Shown here: positions 56,731-64,000 of the stretch, in pieces
Layout: the number at the start of each line of letters is the position of its first letter
Numbering within the stretch: position 1 is the first letter of the stretch
Assembly (NCBI RefSeq): GCF_009914755.1
Contig: NC_060929.1
Direction: 5' to 3' (one strand)
From: the human T2T-CHM13v2.0 reference genome, Homo sapiens
DNA length: 64,000 nt
The notes under the pieces: model-generated
Told to the model about the DNA's origin: nothing
What the model saw: the letters and a program-made list of their open reading frames with translations, nothing else
Databases searched by the model: none
Translations under genes and position numbers: made by a program

Positions 56731-57478
56731 TGTTAATGAAAAGAGTCAAACTCTGTAAAATGTTTGAAGGGATTTATTCTGAGCCAAACATGAGTGACTA
56801 TGGCCCCTGATACAGCCCTCAGGAGGTCCTGAGAACATGTGCCTGAGGTGGTCAGGGTACAGCTTGGTTTTATACATTTTAGGGATATTGAGACATCAAT
56901 CAAATAAATTTAAGAAATACATTGGTTTGGTCCAGAAAGGCAGGACAACTAGGGGATTTGGTGAATTTAAACATTTTCTGGCTGACAATTGGTTGAGTTC
57001 TTCTAAAGACCTGGGGTCAATAGAAAGGGAGTGTTCAGGTAAAGATAAAAGATTGTGGAGACAAAGTTTCTTTTGAATCTTATGGTGGCTGCCCTTAGGG
57101 ACAATAGATGACAAATGTGTCCTATTCAGACCTTTAAAAGGTACTAGATTTTAGTTAATCTCTTCAGGACTGGGAGGGCCCGGAAGAAAAAGATCTAGCT
57201 ATGTTAATAGAGAGTCTTTACAGATACAAATTTTCCCCCACCAAGGACAGCTTTGCAGGGCCATTTCAAAATATGGCAAAGAAACGTATTTTGCAGTAAA
57301 ATATTTTAACTTTCTTCTTTGTCACATGATGTTATGCCAGAGTCAGATTGGAAAGTCACAATCTGTATGGCTAAATAAAAACCACATGATGAGAATTTAT
57401 GGTTTGTAGGGCATGAACTCCCCAGACCCCTCAGATAGGCATTTAGGCAAGATTAAAAAAATCAGAGCTTAGTCCTCA
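56731..57478 (-). mobile_element. MER4-family ERV1 solo LTR (MER4E/D-like)
   Basis: TG...CA termini; TSD GCAC at 56727 and 57479; minus strand begins TGAGGACTAAGCTCTGATTTTTT. Confidence 0.85.
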
Positions 57479-57811
57479 GCACTGATCCACTGTATTTGGA
57501 TGACAGGGGTTTTCTTTTTTGTTTCTTGGGGTTTTTTGGCCACTTTGGCTCTTGCAAGCCGCTCCAGGAACACAGGCACAGCTGCCTGCGGGGCTGGAGG
57601 TGGGGCTGCCAGTGGGGCCAAGAGCTGAAATTGACCACAATCAACCACAATTTGCCCTTCATGCTTTTGGTAGACTCCAGAGTTCCAAAATAGTTATGGC
57701 AGACAGATTCTGCCAGTGCAGGTGTTGTCCAGATGGGGAGACAGACTGCTGGTGCCTCCTACTCCACCATCTTCCCAGAATCCTCCTCACAACTGGGATA
57801 ACCATAAAGGG

Positions 57812-58673
57812 TGTAAACCAGAAATGAAATTCTAAGTCCCCCACCAACTGAACAGACCCCCTCTCCCTTGGCCAAGGAGATCCCAAAGAAACTGGAAGAA
57901 CGAGTTCAGGCCGTGACAGGGAGGGGTCGGACAGGCCTTTGGAGTTTAGGCACAACTGACCAGCATTAGTATTAAAATAGAGACCAAAAGACTGACGAAA
58001 CAGATTCCGTAGCAATAAGATACCAAATCTGAACCTGTGGCGTCACATGACAACAGGCCCTGAGGAAATGAAATTATTTGACTCCAAAATAGATTTCTTT
58101 GCCATATTCTGAAGCAGCCTTGCAAAATTGTCTCTTGTGGAGGACATTTGCATTCTGTAGAGAATCTCCTTCCCTTTCTAGGTCTTCTCCTGACCCAGGA
58201 GAGGGGTTTAACCAAGAGTCTGACACCTTTTAAGGTACAAAAGGAGACATTTGCCATCATTCTCACTGAAGCCTGCTACTTAGAAGCTTCATCTACAGAA
58301 CAAGAACCTTGGCTTTATCCCCCTTTATCTTAACTGGAGTGTTTCTTTCTGCTGACGTCAGTTCTTTAGGCAGAGCTTACCTCTTCCAACCAACTGCCAA
58401 TCAGAAAAATTCTGAGTCCATCACCCCTGCCCTCCAAACTTGAGATGTCCTGCCTTTCTGGGCGAATCCAGTATATACCTTACATGTATTGATGTATGTC
58501 TTTGCCTGTAACTTCAGTCTCCCTAAAATGTATAAAACCAAACTGTAACTAGACCAACTCAGGCACACATTCTCAGGATCTCTTGAGGGTGTACCCCAGG
58601 TGATGGTCACTTACATTTTGCTCAGAGTAAGCCTCTTTAAATATTTCATAGAGCTTGGCTTTCTTCATCAACA
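57812..58673 (+). mobile_element. MER4-family ERV1 solo LTR (MER4B/D-like)
   Basis: Begins TGTAAACCAGAAATGAAATTCTAAG and ends CATCAACA; TSD AGGG at 57808 and 58674. Confidence 0.85.
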
Positions 58674-60129
58674 AGGGTCAATGAGAGCTACGAAGTATTC
58701 CCTAGGACTGAGGGAGAGCTCCCAAAGAGGAAATAAGCCTTCCCTAGCCCCCATCAAGATAGTGGTGGGTGAATGTGCATTAATGTATTTAAAGCTAAAA
58801 TAAAATATTTAGGGTATGTATGACCTTTTTTTTTTGTCATTGCCTGCCTTAGCAAACTAATTGCCAGTCCTGACCACTCACAGCTGGAGGCATCAAAGGA
58901 ATGTACAACTTAGAATGTTGCAAAGTAGGCAGTAAAATCAGTGGGCAAGAGGACAGGCTTCACCCAGAATGTGCTTAAGAGTCACACATGCTCATAGGTC
59001 ACTCAGGAAAATGTCTGTATAGGTTTTCCCACCCAAGACCACATTAAATCCAGATGAGTCAGAGTGAATATGAAGAGAGAGTGAGAGAGAGAGAGAGAAA
59101 GGAACATGCTTTCTCATCAGAAAAAGACAGACTTACTTGGCTGAAGCAAAGAGTGACACCACAAAGAGAAGGAAATTGATGGCAGAAACATCTAGAAAAT
59201 TTACAATTCAAAAACATCAGCAGAAAAAACACACAAAACAAAAGCTATTCTTTACATTGTCTTTGCTGAGGGCTTATAAAAATAAGTGAAACACTAAGAG
59301 CCAATAGAAAAATTGGCAGACTTGAAGAGATAATTTACAGAAGAGATGTTACAATTTAGCATTTAAAAAATACATAAGGAAATGTTAATAACTAATATTA
59401 AACCAAAAAAGGAGTGTAAATTGGTTTCATACCACAGTAGAGGGAAGCTCATCCCTTAACGCCCCCCCATGCCCTGGGAGGTTACCTGTCCCATTGCCCA
59501 GAATGAAGCTGAACTTTTAGGAATATTGACATTCATGGCGTGATATGCCTTTGTTATGATCAAAACCTGTTAATTGTCTCAGGAATTTCAGGCTCCTGGA
59601 CAGCTTTGTGAAAGCTCATTATAAAGCGGGACTCTGCTTATTTTTAGCAGCTGAGCTGCAGCACTTAAACAGTGAAGTCGAGTGCCCTCATTTTAAATAA
59701 GAAAACTCTGGTTCTGACACTCTCCTTGACACTGTGTTGAAACAACTTGAGTGCACCGCTTAGAGAAGACATCAAAATGAGAGAAAGATTTACCCTGTGT
59801 GATCTGCAGCTTTCTCAGGACTGGAACTATTCAGAACATGACTACAAGATTTATAGCATCTGGTCTAATTTGGTAGCAATCCCAGGGTAGCCAAAAGATT
59901 TACAATCTAAACCATGGCTAGTTTGGCCAAGGAGAATCACAGAATTGTGAATTGTATTGAGGCAAAGAAGAATGGTGTTCTTTCTCTATTTGTTTCTTTT
60001 TCAAAGCCTTGATGTACATTCCACTTGGAATAGTCTTGTCATAGTTCAGCTATTCATGTCATGTACATTATTATGAAATCACAGCTGATGCCCCACGCCT
60101 CTGCAAGTTCCCCTTGAAGAAGCTGCTTC

Positions 60130-60919
60130 CTTTTTTTTTTACTTTAAATTCTAGGGTACATGTGCACAACGTGCAGGTTTGTTGCATAGGTATACATGTG
60201 CCATGTTAGTTTGCTGCACCCATCAACTCGTCATTTACATTAAGTATTTCTCCTAATGCTATCCCTCCCCCAGAACCCCAGCCCCCAACAGGCCCTGGTG
60301 TGTGATATTCTCCGCCCTGTGTCCAAGTGTTCTCATTGTTCAATTCCCACCTATGACAGGGAACATGCAGTGTTTGGTTTTCTGTCTTTGTGATAGTTTG
60401 CTGAAAATGATGGTTTCCAGCTTCATCCATATCCCTGCAAAGGACATGAACTCATGCTTTTTTTTTATGGCTACATAGTATTCCATGGTGTATATGTGCC
60501 ACATTTTCTTAATCAAGTCTGTCATTGACAGACATTTGGGTTGGTTCCAAGTATTTGCTGTTGTGAATAGTGCCGCAGTAAACATACGTGTGCATGTGTC
60601 TTTATAGTAGCATGATTTATAATCCTTTGGGTATATACCCAGTAATGGGATCACTGGGTCAAATGGTATTTGTAGTTCTAGATCCTTGAGGAATTGCCAC
60701 ACTGTCTTCCACAATGGTTGAACTAATTTACACTCCCACCAACAGTGTAAAAGTGTTCCTATTTCTCCACATCTTCTCCAGCACCTGTTGTTTCCTGACT
60801 TTTTAATGATTGCCATTCTAACTGGTGTGAGATGGTATCTCATTGTGGTTTTGATTAGCATTTCTCTGATGACCAGTGATGATGAGCATAGTTTCATGTG
60901 TCTGTTGGCTGCATAAATG
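60130..60919 (-). mobile_element. 5'-truncated L1PA (ORF2 C-terminus, 3' UTR, A tail)
   Basis: ORF 60340-60897 is the L1 ORF2 C-terminal Cys-rich region ([27 protein letters not shown]); TSD GAAGAAGCT(G/T)CTTC at 60116 and 60920. Confidence 0.96.
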
Positions 60920-60934
60920 GAAGAAGCTTCTTCT

Positions 60935-61300
60935 GATCATCTCAATTGATGCAGAAAAAAGCATTTGACAAAATTAACACTCTTTCATGATAAAAACAAA
61001 ATACCCTAGGAATAAAAGGAAACTATCTCAACATAATAAAAGCCATATATGTAAAACCCACAAACAGTATTGTCCTCGGTGGGAGACTGAAAGCTTTTCC
61101 TCTGATACCAGGAACAAGACAAGGATGCGCACTTTCACCACTTCTATTCAACATGGTATTTGAAGTTCTTCCTAGAGGAGTTACGCAAGGAAAAAAAAAA
61201 GTGAAAGGCATCCAAACTGGAAATTAAGAAGCAAAATTATCCGTTTGTAGATGACATGATCTTGTATTTGGAAAACCCTAAAGATTTTATAAAAACTTTA
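60935..61300 (+). mobile_element. Older L1 ORF2 RT-region fragment (resumes at ~63803-63915)
   Basis: GATGCAGAAAAAAGCATTTGACAAAATT and GATGACATGATC; its continuation AAAACCTGTTAGAA...GATACAAAATCAAC follows the Alu at ~63803. Confidence 0.85.
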
Positions 61301-61303
61301 GCT

Positions 61304-63086
61304 GTTAGTCCTTTGTTGGATGTATAGATTGCAAAGATTTTCTCCCACTCTGTGGGTCATCCGTTTGCTGATTATTTCTTTTGTTGTGCAGAAGCTTTTT
61401 ACTTTAATAAAGTCCCATCTATTTATCTTTGTTTTTGTTGCATTTGCTTTTGGGTTCTTGGTCATGAAGTTTTTGCCTAAGCCAATGTCTAAAAGGGTTT
61501 TTTCTGATATTATCTTTTAGAATGTTTATGGTTTCTGGTCTTAGATTTAAGTCTGTAATCCATCTTGAGTTGATTTTTGTATAAGGTGAGAGATGAGGAT
61601 CCGGTTTTGTTCTTCTACATGTGGCTAGCCGATTATCCCAGCACTATCTGTTGAATAGGGTGTCCTTTCCCCACTTTATGTTTTTGTTTGCTTTGAGGAA
61701 GATCAGTTGGCTGTAAATATTTGGGTGTATTTCCGGGTTCTCTATTCTGTTCCATTGGTTTATACACCTATTTTTATACCAGCACCATGCTGTTTTAGTG
61801 ACTCTGGCCTTATAGTATAGTTTGAAGTCGGGTGATGTGATGCCTCCAGATTTGTTCTTTTTGCTTAGTCTTGCTTTGGCTGTGTGGGGTCTTTTTTGGT
61901 TCCATATGAATGTAGGATTGTTTTTTCTACTTCTGTCAGTAATGATGGTGGTATTTTGATGGGAATTGCATTGAATTTGTAAATTGCTTTTGGCAGTTTG
62001 GTCATTTCACAGTATTGATTCTACCCATTCGTGAACATGGGATGTGTTTCCATTTGTTTGTGTCATCTATGATTTCTTTCAGCGGTGTTTTCTAGTTTTC
62101 CTTGTAGAGGTCTTTCACCTCCTTGGTTAGGTATATTCCTAATTATTTTAATTTTTTGCAGCTATTATAAAAGGGGTTGAGTTCTTAATTCAATTCTCAG
62201 CTTTGTCATTGTTAGTGTGTAGTAGAGCTACTGATTTGTGTACATTAATTTTGTGTCCTGAAACTTTGCTGAATTCATTTGCCAGTTCATGGAGCTTTTT
62301 GGAGGAATCTTCAGAGTTTTCTAGGTATATGACCATATCATCAACCAAAAACGACAGTTCGACTTCCTCTGTACTGATTTGGATGCCCTTTATTTTTTTC
62401 TCATCTGACTAATATCCAGAATCTACAAGAAACTCAAACAAATCAGCAAGAAAAAAAAACAGTCCCATCAAAAAGTGGGCTAAGGACATGAATAGACAAT
62501 TCTCAAAAGAAGATATACAGATGACCAACAAATATATGAAAAATGTTCAACATCACTAATTATCAGGGAAATGCACATCAGAACCACAATGTGATACCAC
62601 CTTATCATGCAGGAATGGCCATAATGAAAAAATAAAAAAATAATAGATGTTGGCATGGATGTGGTAAAGAGGGAACACTTTTACAGTTGGTGGGAATGTA
62701 AACTAATACAACCACCATGGAAAACAGCGTGGAGATTCCTTAAAGAACTAAAAGTAGATCTACCACTTAATCCAGCAAATCCCACTCTTGGGTATCTACC
62801 CAGAGTAAAAGAAGTCATTATACAAAAAAGACACTTGCACACACGTTTATAGCAGTACAATTTGCAACTGCAAAAATATGAACCCAGCTCAAATGCCCAC
62901 CAATCGAGTGGATAAAGAAAATGTGACACACACGCACACACACACACACACACATATATATATGGTGGAATATATATATATGAGATGGACTATATATGAT
63001 GGAATATATATATATGAGATGGACTACATATATGATGGAATATATATAGATAGAATATATATATGATAGAATATATATATATGATA

Positions 63087-63135
<49 letters not shown>

Positions 63136-63490
63136 ATGGAATACTACTCAGCCATAAAAAAGAACAAAATAATGGCATTTGCAGCAACCTGGATGGAAGT
63201 AGAGACCATTATTTTAAGTGAAATAACCAAGAATGGAAAATCAGACATTGTATGTTCTCATTCATAAGTGGCAGCTAAGCTATGAGAATGCAAAGGCATA
63301 AGAATAATACAATAGACTTTGGGGATTCATGGGAAAGGGTGGGAGGCAGGTGAGCGATAAAAGACTACACATTGGGTGCACCCTCCACTGTGATGGGTGC
63401 GCCAAAATCTCAGAAATCACCACTAAAGAAATTATTCATGTAACTAAACACCACCTGTTCTCCGAAACACCTATTGAAATTAAAAAAAAT
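61304..63490 (+). mobile_element. L1PB-like element with 5' inversion (61304-~62405 inverted; ~62407-63490 sense)
   Basis: The minus-strand segment ends ...CATCCAACAAAGGACTAA at 61304 and the + segment starts GACTAATATCCAGAATC at 62407; these are adjacent in L1 ORF2. A 3' UTR and A tail end at ~63490. Confidence 0.88.
62925..63132. repeat. Compound (CA)n/(TA)n microsatellite with TATATGATGGAA-type units
   Basis: Directly visible, inside the L1PB 3' region. Confidence 0.93.
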
Positions 63491-63494
63491 GAAG

Positions 63495-63825
<331 letters not shown>

Positions 63826-63917
63826 TCATCAAAGTTGGAGGATACAAAATCAACACAAATCAGTTGTGTTTCTATACACTAACAATGAGCAACCCAAAGA
63901 TTAAGATAACAATTTGT

Positions 63918-64000
63918 GGCCGGGCACGGTGGCTCATGCCTATAATCCCAGCACTTTGGGAGGCCAAGGCAGGCGGATCACCAGGTCAGGAGATCGAGAC
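63918..64000 (+). mobile_element. Alu 5' end (AluY/Sc-like), cut by the window edge
   Basis: GGCCGGGCACGGTGGCTC...GGTCAGGAGATCGAGAC. Confidence 0.93.

Noticed and set aside
60340-60897. 185-aa ORF with clear protein homology
   Set aside because: It is the ORF2 C-terminus of a 5'-truncated L1PA with no promoter, not a host gene.

Overview
This is primate (almost certainly human) genomic DNA, not prokaryotic. It carries Alu, L1, L2, MIR, ERV1 solo LTRs, Tigger1 and piggyBac MITEs. The only supportable protein-coding sequence is the first two coding exons of a + strand gene I recognise as PLEKHG4B (Dbl-family RhoGEF, ARHGEF40/Solo-like N-terminus, subtelomeric 5p15.33). Exon 1 lies in a CpG island (ATG 20549, donor 20594) and splices in phase 0 to a 198-nt exon 2 (42255-42452); the rest of the gene is beyond the window. 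The first ~43 kb is largely GC-rich and holds about 20 minisatellites or tandem duplications, which explain nearly all long ORFs in the track. The last ~21 kb is AT-rich nested transposon debris. I see no new multi-gene system. The best leads are: (i) two short locally templated insertions, (ii) several VNTRs seeded inside old transposons, (iii) a G4/GC-box VNTR right after the exon 1 donor, (iv) a stop-free +1 frame across exons 1-2 plus an Alu-bracketed exon 2 that would give an endless ORF if circularised, and (v) a MER85 with an intact CSB-PGBD3 palindrome. Repeat family names come from my recollection of consensus sequences and many repeat boundaries are approximate; RepeatMasker/Dfam should confirm them.
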